The notes below the pieces were generated by a model, which was not told the origin of the DNA, did not search any database, and saw nothing but the letters and a program-made list of their open reading frames with translations. From an uncultured Bifidobacterium sp. (lineage in GTDB: Bacteria > Fibrobacterota > Fibrobacteria > UBA11236): 44,552 nucleotides of DNA. Made by a program: the position numbers and the translations under genes. The first letter of the stretch is position 1. Every line of letters begins with the position of its first letter. Of this stretch, positions 18,986 to 28,120 are shown piece by piece. The stretch is from positions 1 to 44,552 of the forward strand of contig CAZKRC010000003.1 in assembly GCA_964555105.1 (NCBI GenBank). The letters are read 5' to 3'.

Positions 18986-19603
18986 GTGTCTTCCCCCTCC
19001 CTCCGCCTCTCCGAAATCTTCTACTCGCTCCAGGGCGAGGGCTTTCACGCGGGTACGCCGGCGGTGTTCATCCGCATGGCGGGCTGCAACCTGTCGTGTG
19101 CGTTCTGCGATACCGACTTTTCGTTGAAGGAGCGGATGACGCCGGCGGAGGTGGTCGCGCGCCTCGCGGAGTTCCCCGCCAGGTTCGTGGTGCTCACCGG
19201 CGGCGAGCCGACGATCCAGCCCGAGGCCGTGCGCGCACTGGTGACTGCACTTCATGCGCACGGCTACTACGTGACGATGGAAACCAACGGCACGTCGACG
19301 GACACGCTGGGCGTGGACTGGGTGACCGTAAGCCCCAAGCTCTCGCAAGGCGGAGAGTGGAGCCTCAAGACCGGCGATGAACTGAAACTGGTGTACGAAG
19401 GGCAGGACCTCGCGGCGTTCGAGGACTCGAACTTCGCGCATTATTTCCTGCAGCCCAAGGAAATCCGCACGGCGCAGTTCGGCAAGGGCGAGCGCGACGA
19501 GGCCGCCACCCGGGCCGAGTGGGCGCGCACCATCGACGCCACGCTCGCGCGGCCGCGGTGGAAACTGTCGTTCCAGCTGCACAAGACGCTGGGGTTGCGG
19601 TAG
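18986..19603 (+). CDS. queE: 7-carboxy-7-deazaguanine synthase (radical SAM)
   Basis: LSEIFYSLQGEGFHAGTPAVFIRMAGCNLSCAFCDTDF is the QueE Cx14CxxC-type cluster signature. GTG start. Confidence 0.85.
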   Translation: MSSPSLRLSEIFYSLQGEGFHAGTPAVFIRMAGCNLSCAFCDTDFSLKERMTPAEVVARLAEFPARFVVLTGGEPTIQPEAVRALVTALHAHGYYVTMETNGTSTDTLGVDWVTVSPKLSQGGEWSLKTGDELKLVYEGQDLAAFEDSNFAHYFLQPKEIRTAQFGKGERDEAATRAEWARTIDATLARPRWKLSFQLHKTLGLR

Positions 19604-19723
19604 TTAAACGTCCCCTGAGCAATGCTCGGAGGGCCTTCCGTAAAAGCAAAACGACGCGCGCTCTACCGAACGCCGAACGACCCGTGGCCTTGTCACCCCT
19701 GTTCGTGTGGATCCGTCGGGAAC

Positions 19724-20557
19724 ATGAGCGTGCCGAAGCGACCAGCCCCCACCCCGCGAACTATCTTTGCACCCATGGACGAGGGGTTTTTCAACGTGTC
19801 AGCGCCCACCACCAAAAGCAAAATCAGCAAAATCAACCGTACCGCCCTCGTCGTGTTCTCCGGCGGGCAGGACTCCACCACATGCCTGCATTGGGCGCTC
19901 CGGACCTTTGCCGCCGTGGAAACCGTCTTCTTCGATTACGGGCAACGCCACGCCTCCGAGGAACGCGCCGCCCAGAAGATCGCCTGGCGGCTCAGTGTGC
20001 CCTTGCGCCGTTTTAAAATCGACTTCTTCCGTGAAATGGGCGGCAACTCGCTGACCGACAGCAGCATGGAGATCGACGCCGACGCGAGCCACGGACTGCC
20101 GAACACCTTCGTGCCCGGCCGCAACCTGTTGTTCCTCACGCAGGCGGCCGCCTACGCCTCCACGCGCGGAATCCGCGACGTGGTCACCGGCGTGTGCCAG
20201 ACCGACTACAGCGGTTACCCCGACTGCCGCCACGACACCATCCGCGCCCTGCAACGTTCCTTGCATCTCGGCCTCGGCTGGCCCGAGCGGAACGGCAACC
20301 GCGCGGGAGCCTTCCGCATCCACACGCCGCTGATGTTCCGCACCAAGGCGGAGAGCGTGGCGCTCGCGCAGGCGTGGGATGCGTTCGAGTCGCTCGCCTT
20401 CAGCCACACCTGTTACGAGGGCGTGTTCCCTCCCTGCGGCCGTTGTCCCGCGTGCGTGCTGCGCGCCAAAGGCTTCGCCGCGGCCGGCATCGAGGACCCC
20501 CTGATCCACCGCGCGCAAGCGCCCTCCGCCCCCGAATCCGACAGCCCGGCTCCCTGA
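19724..20557 (+). CDS. queC: 7-cyano-7-deazaguanine synthase
   Basis: PP-loop VVFSGGQDSTTC and C-terminal zinc cysteines HTCYEG..CGRCPACVLR. The start is uncertain: 19622, 19724 or 19775. Confidence 0.85.
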   Translation: MSVPKRPAPTPRTIFAPMDEGFFNVSAPTTKSKISKINRTALVVFSGGQDSTTCLHWALRTFAAVETVFFDYGQRHASEERAAQKIAWRLSVPLRRFKIDFFREMGGNSLTDSSMEIDADASHGLPNTFVPGRNLLFLTQAAAYASTRGIRDVVTGVCQTDYSGYPDCRHDTIRALQRSLHLGLGWPERNGNRAGAFRIHTPLMFRTKAESVALAQAWDAFESLAFSHTCYEGVFPPCGRCPACVLRAKGFAAAGIEDPLIHRAQAPSAPESDSPAP

Positions 20558-20625
20558 CCCTCATGCAGGCCTCCTCTCTTCTGCTGTGCCCGTCGCGCTC
20601 TGATCGCCCCGTCACGCGTTCTTGT

Positions 20626-20656
20626 TTCCGAATTTTGATTTCTGATTTCTGATTTT
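20626..20656. repeat. heptad repeat TGATTTC, reverse complement of the GAAATCA repeat at 16.2 kb
   Basis: ttccgaattttgatttctgatttctgatttt, ending 16 nt before ATG 20672 and 5 nt before the GGAG Shine-Dalgarno. Confidence 0.8.
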
Positions 20657-20671
20657 ACTTGGAGCCTCCCC

Positions 20672-22225
20672 ATGACCACGACCTCCGCGCCCCCTCCTCC
20701 CGCATCGTCCCCCCACTACGACGTGTGCGTGATCGGATCAGGGCCCGGAGGATTCGCCGCGGCCATGCGCGCCTTCGACTTCGGCAAAAAGGTCTGCCTG
20801 ATCGAGGGCAGCCACATCGGGGGCGCGGGCATCATGCACGGGGCCATGACCAGCAAAACCATGTGGGAACTTGCCAAGGACTTCGCCAACGCGTCGTCGG
20901 TGGAGCGCGGCTATCGCGCGGCGGGCCTGATGGTGGATTACCAGGCCGTACGCGACACCATCCTGCAGGCCGCCAAGGAAAAACAGTACCAGATCCTCTC
21001 GCAGATCGAAACCTTCTCGCCGCCGCGCTGGACGAGCCCGGGGTCGCTCACGCTGAAGCGCGGCCTCGCCCGTTTCCACGATGCCGACTCGGTGGACGTG
21101 TCGCTGCAGGACGGCCGCGAGGAGCGCATCACCGCCGACTTCTTCGTGATCGCCACGGGCTCCAAGCCGCGCGATTTTCCCGGCGTGGTGATCGACGGGG
21201 AGCGCGTCGTCAACTCGGACGGCATCCTGTCCTTCCGCGAGTTCCCCAAGCGCCTGTTGATCCTGGGCGCCGGCATCATCGGCTGCGAATACGCCAGCAT
21301 CTTTTCGAACTTCGCGCAGACCAAGGTGCACCTGCTCGACCGGCAATCGCGCATCATCCCTTTCGAGGACGAGGACATCAGCGTCTTCGTCAACCACAAC
21401 CTGGAACAGAAGGGCGTGGTGATCCATCACAACGCCATCCTGCGCAACATCACCAAGCGCCCCGAGTTCATCGAAGTCGTGGTGGACTATGAAAGCGGCC
21501 GCAGCCAAGTGCTCGAAGTGGACGCCGTGCTGGTGTCCGTCGGCCGCGCCCCCAACCTTGCCTCGCTCGACCTCGACAAGGTGGGCGTCACGGTGAACGC
21601 GCGCGGAGGCCTCGACGCCGACGCCGACTGCCGCGTGCTCGGCACCGAAAAGGGCAACATCTACGCGGTGGGAGACGTGACGCAGCGTTCCGCGCTGTAC
21701 AACGTCGCGGAGATGGAAGGCCGCTACGCCATCAAATCGATGTACCAGCGCAACAAGTACCCGCTGCGTTACCACAACATGTCGACCATCATGTTCTTCA
21801 ATCCCGAAGTCGCGGTGGTGGGCCTGAACGAACAGCAATGCCAGGCCCAGGGCATCCCCTACCGCGTGGCCACCTACTCCAACAAGCTGGTCAACCGCGC
21901 CATCGCCATGCGCCGCACCGACGGCTTCGTCAAGATCGTGGTGGCGGAAGACGGCAGCAACCGCATTCTCGGCATGCGCGCGGCGGGCCCGCAGGCCAGC
22001 AGCACCATCATGGTGATCGCGCACCTGATGGACCAGGACAAGGGACTGGAGGACATCATGAAATCCATCCACCCGCACCCCTCCATCACCGAGGGCATCC
22101 AGGAATGCCTGCGCCTGCTCACCGGCAAGTCCATCTACAAGCCCATGGCGTTCCCCGACTTCATGCGCATCCGCCGCTGGACCCCTGAAAACGGATATTC
22201 CGACGTGGACTCCTTGCCGGGTTAA
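20672..22225 (+). CDS. FAD/NAD(P)-dependent pyridine-nucleotide-disulfide-oxidoreductase-family flavoprotein lacking the redox-active cysteine pair
   Basis: YDVCVIGSGPGGFAAA is the FAD Rossmann motif, LLILGAGIIGCEYA the NAD motif, and HPHPSITEG the C-terminal interface motif. The usual GGTCLNVGCIPSK position reads GGAGIMHGAMTSK. Confidence 0.8.
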   Translation: MTTTSAPPPPASSPHYDVCVIGSGPGGFAAAMRAFDFGKKVCLIEGSHIGGAGIMHGAMTSKTMWELAKDFANASSVERGYRAAGLMVDYQAVRDTILQAAKEKQYQILSQIETFSPPRWTSPGSLTLKRGLARFHDADSVDVSLQDGREERITADFFVIATGSKPRDFPGVVIDGERVVNSDGILSFREFPKRLLILGAGIIGCEYASIFSNFAQTKVHLLDRQSRIIPFEDEDISVFVNHNLEQKGVVIHHNAILRNITKRPEFIEVVVDYESGRSQVLEVDAVLVSVGRAPNLASLDLDKVGVTVNARGGLDADADCRVLGTEKGNIYAVGDVTQRSALYNVAEMEGRYAIKSMYQRNKYPLRYHNMSTIMFFNPEVAVVGLNEQQCQAQGIPYRVATYSNKLVNRAIAMRRTDGFVKIVVAEDGSNRILGMRAAGPQASSTIMVIAHLMDQDKGLEDIMKSIHPHPSITEGIQECLRLLTGKSIYKPMAFPDFMRIRRWTPENGYSDVDSLPG

Positions 22226-22511
22226 GGAATATTCGGGGGGGGATGGCGCACGCTTGAGACGCCGAGCGGCCCACGGTCGAACGACAAGAGCGTGCGCGGT
22301 GACGAGACGCAGGGATGTTCGGGACGTAACGCCTCCCTTTCGTGTTTTTTCCGTCATATTCTTGAGAAATCGGGCGTTTTCCGGGTTTTAGAACCTCGGG
22401 TATTATATTTCATGACTCATCCTTCCGCGTTCCCATGCCGTTTTCGTCGCTTTTAAAGACGATTCCCGGCATCTCGCATCAACGCGCACCCATTTGCCTT
22501 TTGGAGCCGTC

Positions 22512-23867
22512 ATGTCCACTTTCCAGCACGTTAAAGTCCCCGCCAACGGCCAGGCCATCACCATCGGAGCCAACGGCGCCCTGAACGTCCCCGACCGTCC
22601 CATCATCCCCTTCATCGAAGGCGACGGCACCGGACCCGACATCTGGAAGGCCTCGCAGCATGTGCTCGACGAGGCGGTGCGCAAGGTCTACGGCGGCACG
22701 CGCAAGATCGAGTGGATGGAAGTGTACGCGGGCGAGAAGTCGCTGTCGGTGTACGGCGAAAACCAGTGGCTCCCCGAAGAGACGCTGACGGCCTTCAAGC
22801 AATACCTCGTGGGCATCAAGGGGCCGCTGACGACCCCCGTGGGCGGCGGCATCACCTCCCTGAACGTGGCCCTGCGCCAGATCCTCGACCTGTACGTGTG
22901 CCTGCGCCCGGTGCGCTGGTACACCGGTGTGCCGTCGCCCGTGAAGCACCCCGAAAAGGTCGACATGGTGATCTTCCGCGAGAACACCGAAGACATTTAC
23001 GCCGGCATCGAATGGGCCGGCGGCACCGAAGGCGCCGCCAGGATCCTCGCCGTGCTGGAACAGGAGTTCCCCAAGCAATTCGGGAAGATCCGCTTCGGCA
23101 CCGAGAAGGCCGCCAGGGACTGGCAGGCACGGCTTGAGAACGCCGGTCTGCCGGCCCGCGACGCGGGCGTGAACGTGGGCGTGGGCATCAAGCCGGTGAG
23201 CAAGCCCGGCACTGAGCGCCTTGTGTACAGCGCAATCGAGTACGCCATCAAGCACGGCCGCAAGAGCGTGACGCTGGTGCACAAGGGCAACATCATGAAG
23301 TTCACCGAAGGCGCGTTCCGCGACTGGGGCTACGGCGTCGCCAAGGAGCTCTTCGGCGCGGTCGAGATCGACGGCGGGCCGTGGTGCAAGATCCCCGACG
23401 GCAAGCCGGGCGCAGGGCTGGTGATCAAGGACGCCATCGCCGACATCGCGCTGCAGCAGGTGCTGACACGCCCCGAGGATTTCGACGTGATCGCCACGTT
23501 GAACCTGAACGGCGACTACCTCTCCGACGCGCTCGCGGCGCAGGTGGGCGGCATTGGCATCGCCCCGGGCGGGAACGCCAACTACCGCAGCGGCCACGCG
23601 ATTTTCGAAGCCACGCACGGCACCGCGCCCAAGTACGCAGGTCTAGACAAGGTCAACCCGGGTTCCGTGATTCTCTCGGGCGTGATGATGCTCGAGCACC
23701 TCGGCTGGACCGAAGCCGCGGACGCCATCGTCACTGCGCTGGAGCGGACCATCGGCGCGAAGACGGTGACCTATGACTTCGCCCGCTTGATGGACGGCGC
23801 GAAGGAAGTCGGCTGCATGGAATTCGGCCGCCTGGTAGGCGAGGCGATCGAAGCGAAGGCGGTTTAA
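22512..23867 (+). CDS. icd: NADP-dependent isocitrate dehydrogenase (prokaryotic homodimeric type)
   Basis: [26 protein letters not shown] and NLNGDYLSD motifs. GGAG lies 6 nt upstream of ATG 22512. Confidence 0.9.
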   Translation: MSTFQHVKVPANGQAITIGANGALNVPDRPIIPFIEGDGTGPDIWKASQHVLDEAVRKVYGGTRKIEWMEVYAGEKSLSVYGENQWLPEETLTAFKQYLVGIKGPLTTPVGGGITSLNVALRQILDLYVCLRPVRWYTGVPSPVKHPEKVDMVIFRENTEDIYAGIEWAGGTEGAARILAVLEQEFPKQFGKIRFGTEKAARDWQARLENAGLPARDAGVNVGVGIKPVSKPGTERLVYSAIEYAIKHGRKSVTLVHKGNIMKFTEGAFRDWGYGVAKELFGAVEIDGGPWCKIPDGKPGAGLVIKDAIADIALQQVLTRPEDFDVIATLNLNGDYLSDALAAQVGGIGIAPGGNANYRSGHAIFEATHGTAPKYAGLDKVNPGSVILSGVMMLEHLGWTEAADAIVTALERTIGAKTVTYDFARLMDGAKEVGCMEFGRLVGEAIEAKAV

Positions 23868-23868
23868 C

Positions 23869-25056
23869 ATGGCCGGTGACGACGTTCTCTTCACGATCAC
23901 CCGTGATCACCTCGACACGGGTTTGCGCGGCTTTCCGGTGGGGACCTGCCCCATCAGCGATGTCGACCCCGTCAAGGGCCTGAGCTACGGCGGTTATCCG
24001 ATCGCGCAACTGGCCGAACTTGAACCCGAGGAAGTGATCCACATCCTGCTGCGCAAGGAACTGCCCGACCCGGCGCGCCTGGCGGTGTTCCACGGCGAAC
24101 TGGTGGGCCAGGGTCCGCTGCACCCCGGCATCCTCAAGCTTCTGGAGTCCTTCCCCCGCGAAGGTCATCCGATGAAATGGTTGATCGGCGGCCTGGTGGG
24201 GATGGGCATGTTCGAACCGAAGAACGATTACCGCAAGGATTGTTTGCGGGTGATCGCCCAGCTCCCCGAGCTGGTGGCCGCCATCTTTCGCATCCGCTCG
24301 GGCTGGGGCGCGCCCATCGCGTCGCGTCCGGAGCTGGGCTGGGTGGAAAACTTCGTGCACATGCTGGGTGTTCCCGGCCTGGGTAAAAACCCCGAGGAGA
24401 TGCAGCGCCTGATCCGCCTGATGCGCGTGTTCATGATCCTGCACTTCGACCACGGCGGCGGCAACCTGTCGACCTTCGTGGGCAAGGCCATCGCCTCGGG
24501 ACATGAGGACATGTACGGCTCGCTCGCCGGCGCGATGGCCGGCCTGGCGGGCCCGTTGCACGGGATGGCCAACCAGGAGTGCCTGCGCTTCGTGAAGGAA
24601 GTGGCCCAGACCGTGAAGGACCCGTCCGACGAAGCGGCGCTGGAGGCCTACATCGAGGAACGCCTGGCATCCGGCGGTGTATTGTTCGGCTTCGGCCACG
24701 CGGTGCTGCGCGTCGAAGATCCGCGCGCCACGGTGCAGTACGCGCTGGGCGAGGAGATCGCGAAGGACGATCCCCTGTTCCGTCTGGCGGTGTCGCTGCG
24801 CAAGGTGGGCGTGGAGGCGTTGAAGAAGCGCCCGAAGATCAGCAACCCCTACCCGAACGTCGACGCGGTGTCGGGCACGTTGCTCAATGCGTGCGGCCTG
24901 ACCGACGAGTCCTACTATACAGTGCTGTTCGGTCTGTCCCGCTGCGTGGGCATCGCATCCCAGATCGTGTGGGAACGCACCGAAGCGCGCGGCGGCAAGG
25001 GCTTGCCGATCGTGCGTCCGAAGTATCTGTACACCGGGCCTGAAGTCAGGGATTGA
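23869..25056 (+). CDS. citrate synthase family protein (atypical active-site block)
   Basis: LHFDHGGGNLSTF, PLHGMANQE, FGFGHAVLRVEDPRA and NVDAVSG match the citrate-synthase fold signatures. The start lies 1 nt after the icd stop. Confidence 0.75.
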   Translation: MAGDDVLFTITRDHLDTGLRGFPVGTCPISDVDPVKGLSYGGYPIAQLAELEPEEVIHILLRKELPDPARLAVFHGELVGQGPLHPGILKLLESFPREGHPMKWLIGGLVGMGMFEPKNDYRKDCLRVIAQLPELVAAIFRIRSGWGAPIASRPELGWVENFVHMLGVPGLGKNPEEMQRLIRLMRVFMILHFDHGGGNLSTFVGKAIASGHEDMYGSLAGAMAGLAGPLHGMANQECLRFVKEVAQTVKDPSDEAALEAYIEERLASGGVLFGFGHAVLRVEDPRATVQYALGEEIAKDDPLFRLAVSLRKVGVEALKKRPKISNPYPNVDAVSGTLLNACGLTDESYYTVLFGLSRCVGIASQIVWERTEARGGKGLPIVRPKYLYTGPEVRD

Positions 25057-25103
25057 TCGCAGGGGCGATTTGCGAATCACTCCTGGCCCCAATTTGAGGG
25101 CAT

Positions 25104-25137
25104 GAAAAAAGGCTTCCGCAAGGAAGCTTTTTTTGTT
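25104..25137. terminator. rho-independent, bidirectional-looking terminator
   Basis: aaaaaaGGCTTCCgcaaGGAAGCttttttt: a GC stem flanked by an A-run and a T-run. Confidence 0.6.
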
Positions 25138-25174
25138 GGTATGGTGGTTGATGCGACGGCTGAAACCTCGCGGG

Positions 25175-25235
25175 ATGTCGGAGCAAATGTCGGAGTAAAT
25201 ATGTCGGAGTAAATGTCGGAGTATGTGTCGGAACC
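25175..25235. repeat. five direct copies of TGTCGGA at 12/14/12/12-nt spacing
   Basis: Copies start at 25176, 25188, 25202, 25214 and 25226, giving (a)atgtcggag(t/c)a units, immediately upstream of the small membrane-protein gene. Confidence 0.8.
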
Positions 25236-25470
25236 TTCATCGAAAGGACCCGCCATGGTCGGTGAAATCTTTGGACTCTCGGTTCTCGCTCTGCTCGTTA
25301 TCCTCATCATTTACTGGCTGCCGGTGATTTGGGTCCTGGTCTCCAATCGCACGGAAGGTGCGACCAAGTTTGTTTGGTTCGTCGTGGCCTTCGTTTTCTC
25401 GTGGGTGAGGTTGATTGCGTTTTTGCTGCTCACATCTCCGAGAGGGAATCGACTCACGAATTCGTATTGA
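25231..25470 (+). repeat. direct repeat copy 1 (small membrane-protein gene plus 24-nt leader)
   Basis: Aligns with 31744-31983, from gaaccttcatcgaaagg to cgtattga. The 5' half is nearly identical and the 3' half is diverged. Confidence 0.85.
25255..25470 (+). CDS. 71-aa two-TM membrane protein (PLDc_N-like small membrane protein), paralogue 1
   Basis: MVGEIFGLSVLALLVILIIYWLPVIWVLVSNRTEGATKFVWFVVAFVFSWVRLIAFLLL. AAAGGA lies 7 nt upstream of the ATG. The family call is from memory of the pattern TM-charged loop-K..W-TM. Confidence 0.6.
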   Translation: MVGEIFGLSVLALLVILIIYWLPVIWVLVSNRTEGATKFVWFVVAFVFSWVRLIAFLLLTSPRGNRLTNSY

Positions 25471-25512
25471 CCCGCGCAGGCTTTTTTCGACCCCCGCGCA
25501 TGCGGCAGGGGT

Positions 25513-26898
25513 TCAAAAATCCAGAGGACTGACCACCTGGTTGCCGATGGACCGCACCGCGTGCGTATAAATCATCGTGGTCTCCACGCTCGAATGGCCC
25601 AGCAATTCCTGCACGGTGCGGATGTCGTATCCCGCCTGCAGCAAGTGCGTCGCGAAGCAATGCCGCAGCGTATGCGCCGAAGCCCGCTTCGCCAGTCCGG
25701 ATTCCAGCACCGCGGCGCGCATCGCCTTTTGAACATGCGACTCATGAAGATGGTACCGCCTGCGCTCGCCCGACTCCGGCACCCGCGTCAACATCCTCGC
25801 CGGGAATACCCACTGCCACGGCCATTCCCGGGGCGCGTTCGGATACTTGCGCTCGAGCGCATCCGGCAGAAACACCCCGCCATAGCCCACGGCCCTATCC
25901 CTCCCATGAAGGTCTTGAACTTCCCCCAGATGCCTTCTCAGGCCGGTCGCCAGCCGATCGGGCAGGGGGAGCGAACGGCTTTTATCCCCTTTACCCGCCT
26001 GAATCAAAAGTCGCCGGGAATCGAAATCAATGTCTTGCACGCGCAGACCCACGGCCTCGAAAAGCCGCAGCCCGCAACCGTACATCAAGCCGCCCAGAAG
26101 GTCGAAGGGAGGCGTCAGTCTGGCGAGGAGACGACTCACCTCGTCGCGACTCAGTACCACCGGAATGCGCGGTCGCCGTTGGGGCCTGGGAACGTCGCGC
26201 AGCCCCGAATATTCCAGGTCGAGCACCTTGGTGTACAAGAACAACAACGCATTGAAAGCCTGGTTTTGCGTCGAAGCCGAGACCGAGCGTTCCACGGCGA
26301 GGTAGGTCAAAAAGGCCTTGGCGTCTTCCGCCGAAATCTCCATCGGCGGCATGTCGCCGATGAATTCCCGAAAGCGGATGACCCAGTGCCGGTAGGCCTT
26401 AAGGGTCTTGGGGGAGCAATGACGGAGCTCCAGTTCGGCTGCCAGGCATCGGAAGGTTTCCGGCCAGCTTTGGGGCGCCTCGGATTTCGGGGGACGGCCT
26501 TCATTCGGGAATAGGGCCGCCCGCGACGACGTGGGCACGATGTCCGTATTCTTCGCCGGCTCCGCATTTCGTAGGATCGGAGAGTCTGGGAAAAGGCTTC
26601 GCAGCACCTCGATGGCCCGTTCCGCCTGCCGTACCTGGAAATCGGGTCGCCCGGAGGCGCGCAGATCGCCCAGGAAAACAGCCGAGGACTCCTTGAGGCT
26701 CGGGTCGCGCCCCCGTACGGAACACTCCGCCAAATAGTCCCGCAACCACTTGTGATAGAAAGGAACGTTGTTGGGGCCGATCCCCGCCCGTCCTTCAAGA
26801 GCCTTTTGAAAGGCCTCGCGCAGACTCGCATAAGTGGGACTCGCTGAAAGAGCATATTCCTCCGCAACTGGAGATCTGGAACCGGATGCTGAATTCAT
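25513..26898 (-). CDS. intI: integron integrase (IntI-type tyrosine recombinase) with an N-terminal extension
   Basis: VSASTQNQAFNALLFLY; the IntI-specific insertion LPDALERKYPNAPREWPWQWVFPA...RRRYHLHESHVQKAMRAAV; catalytic HTLRHCFATHLL, LLGHSSVETTMIYTH. Start set at MNSASGS with GGAG upstream; 27045 is the alternative. Confidence 0.9.
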   Translation of the reverse strand: MNSASGSRSPVAEEYALSASPTYASLREAFQKALEGRAGIGPNNVPFYHKWLRDYLAECSVRGRDPSLKESSAVFLGDLRASGRPDFQVRQAERAIEVLRSLFPDSPILRNAEPAKNTDIVPTSSRAALFPNEGRPPKSEAPQSWPETFRCLAAELELRHCSPKTLKAYRHWVIRFREFIGDMPPMEISAEDAKAFLTYLAVERSVSASTQNQAFNALLFLYTKVLDLEYSGLRDVPRPQRRPRIPVVLSRDEVSRLLARLTPPFDLLGGLMYGCGLRLFEAVGLRVQDIDFDSRRLLIQAGKGDKSRSLPLPDRLATGLRRHLGEVQDLHGRDRAVGYGGVFLPDALERKYPNAPREWPWQWVFPARMLTRVPESGERRRYHLHESHVQKAMRAAVLESGLAKRASAHTLRHCFATHLLQAGYDIRTVQELLGHSSVETTMIYTHAVRSIGNQVVSPLDF

Positions 26899-27104
26899 AA
26901 CCCGCTCCCCCCTTCCGTAGAGGCCATGACGTTCCCGTGAAAAACGGACTTTCAAAGCCATTGCGGAATTATCAGAAAACCGCAGCAATCCATCAGCCGA
27001 GACTGTGACAGCCGCCACGGATCTTTGGCCCCAAAGTTTGGACAAAAAGTCAAGGGGGACAAAGGCTGGCCAAGGGAAGGCACGAACAGCGGCGGTGCGC
27101 CGAC

Positions 27105-27134
27105 TTTACATTCAGATGTTTCTGGTGTTATACT
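27105..27134 (+). promoter_or_regulatory. candidate cassette promoter (Pc): TTTACA-18 nt-TATACT
   Basis: -35 TTTACA at 27105-27110 and -10 TATACT at 27129-27134, oriented toward the cassettes, about 105 nt upstream of the attI crossover. Confidence 0.4.
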
Positions 27135-27245
27135 GAAACGTTATAACATGTCGAACCTGAAGAAATCGGATGGGCTTCGCGGGGTATCCCGTGATATACT
27201 GAACGGCTCCGCGCTATACGGAACCGTTGAAGAATATTGTTAACT
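27129..27245 (+). other. candidate attI with crossover G27239|T27240
   Basis: Three direct repeats of TATAC(T/G)GAA(A)C at 27129, 27195 and 27215, then the core GTTAACT at 27239-27245, whose complement is the R'' of cassette 1. Confidence 0.55.
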
Positions 27246-27257
27246 ATCACCAAGCTA

Positions 27258-27671
27258 ATGAATACGCTCTCTAACCTCGGATCATGGGCCTCCATCATCG
27301 CGCTCCCTATAACGTTTTGGGTTTTAATAGAAACGTACCGCATAAAGCAACATTTTTCGAATCGCGCTCGGCTGCCTGAGATACTAAAGAAGTTGACACA
27401 GCACTCGCGCACCTACTTAGCCAATATTAAACCTGAGAAAGACATTAACCTTGCCTATAAGGACGCTGCAATAATTTTAGGGATTCTCCAAATATTTCGA
27501 TCAAAAACGATATCTAAAAAAGTTGCCTCATTAGATGAAGGCATAACCAAAATTGCACGGATAACCGCAAATAACCAACCAAACGCGAATGAACTTTGGG
27601 AGGCTTACACATCGATAACTAAGATCATCACTTCACTTGAGCAGATTGAACGCGACATGGCTTGGAGCTGA
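27258..27671 (+). CDS. cassette 1 ORF A: hypothetical protein with one N-terminal TM helix and a helical domain
   Basis: MNTLSNLGSWASIIALPITFWVLIETY... The ATG lies 18 nt after the crossover. AT-rich codon usage unlike the host. Confidence 0.6.
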   Translation: MNTLSNLGSWASIIALPITFWVLIETYRIKQHFSNRARLPEILKKLTQHSRTYLANIKPEKDINLAYKDAAIILGILQIFRSKTISKKVASLDEGITKIARITANNQPNANELWEAYTSITKIITSLEQIERDMAWS

Positions 27672-27674
27672 CTA

Positions 27675-28052
27675 ATGCCTAATGAATCTGAAATAAATCG
27701 ACTGTTGAACGACTTAACAAGGGCGACCGCATCAGGTGGTCTTTCCTGGGAGTTGTTGTCCGCCCCGGCCTCGCTTTCGGCTGGAACGGACGATCTATTC
27801 CCTACTTATTTGCAAACTGGGTATAAATCCCAGATAATTGGGCTATATGAGAAAAGATTTCAGAGCTATTTCCCGGATTTGGACAACTTCTTGTGGGACG
27901 CTCGGATTGGATTAATATTTCTCGATAGGCAAAGCCGCATTACGTGGCAATACGACGAAAAAAGTGGTGCTCTTGGCAATCTTTTTGAGATCGCAAAAGA
28001 ATCAGCAACAGGAATTGACGACATCTTTGCAAACTTACTCAGCGATAGTTAA
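27675..28052 (+). CDS. cassette 1 ORF B: hypothetical soluble 125-aa protein
   Basis: Starts 3 nt after the stop of ORF A (tgactaATG). Its TAA stop lies inside the attC R'' box. Confidence 0.6.
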   Translation: MPNESEINRLLNDLTRATASGGLSWELLSAPASLSAGTDDLFPTYLQTGYKSQIIGLYEKRFQSYFPDLDNFLWDARIGLIFLDRQSRITWQYDEKSGALGNLFEIAKESATGIDDIFANLLSDS

Positions 28053-28110
28053 CAACCGGCTTCAGCGGTCGTTCCGCTCCGCGGCCCGCCGCTGATCCGG
28101 ATCGTTAGCT
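28047..28110 (+). other. attC site 1 (64-bp family)
   Basis: R'' AGTTAAC and R' GTTAGCT. Arms CCGGCTTCAGCGG / CCGCTGATCCGG pair with a one-base asymmetry. Confidence 0.8.
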
Positions 28111-28120
28111 GGAGCGATAT

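Noticed and set aside
22340-22511. Sigma70-type promoter for icd (TTGAGA ... TATTATAT)
   Set aside because: Several AT-rich hexamers are present, but none has a convincing 16-18-nt spacing, so no call was made.
27025-27243. 72-aa ORF in the intI-attI spacer
   Set aside because: It spans the promoter and attI region, has no RBS or family resemblance, and ends exactly at the crossover core. It is more parsimoniously non-coding.
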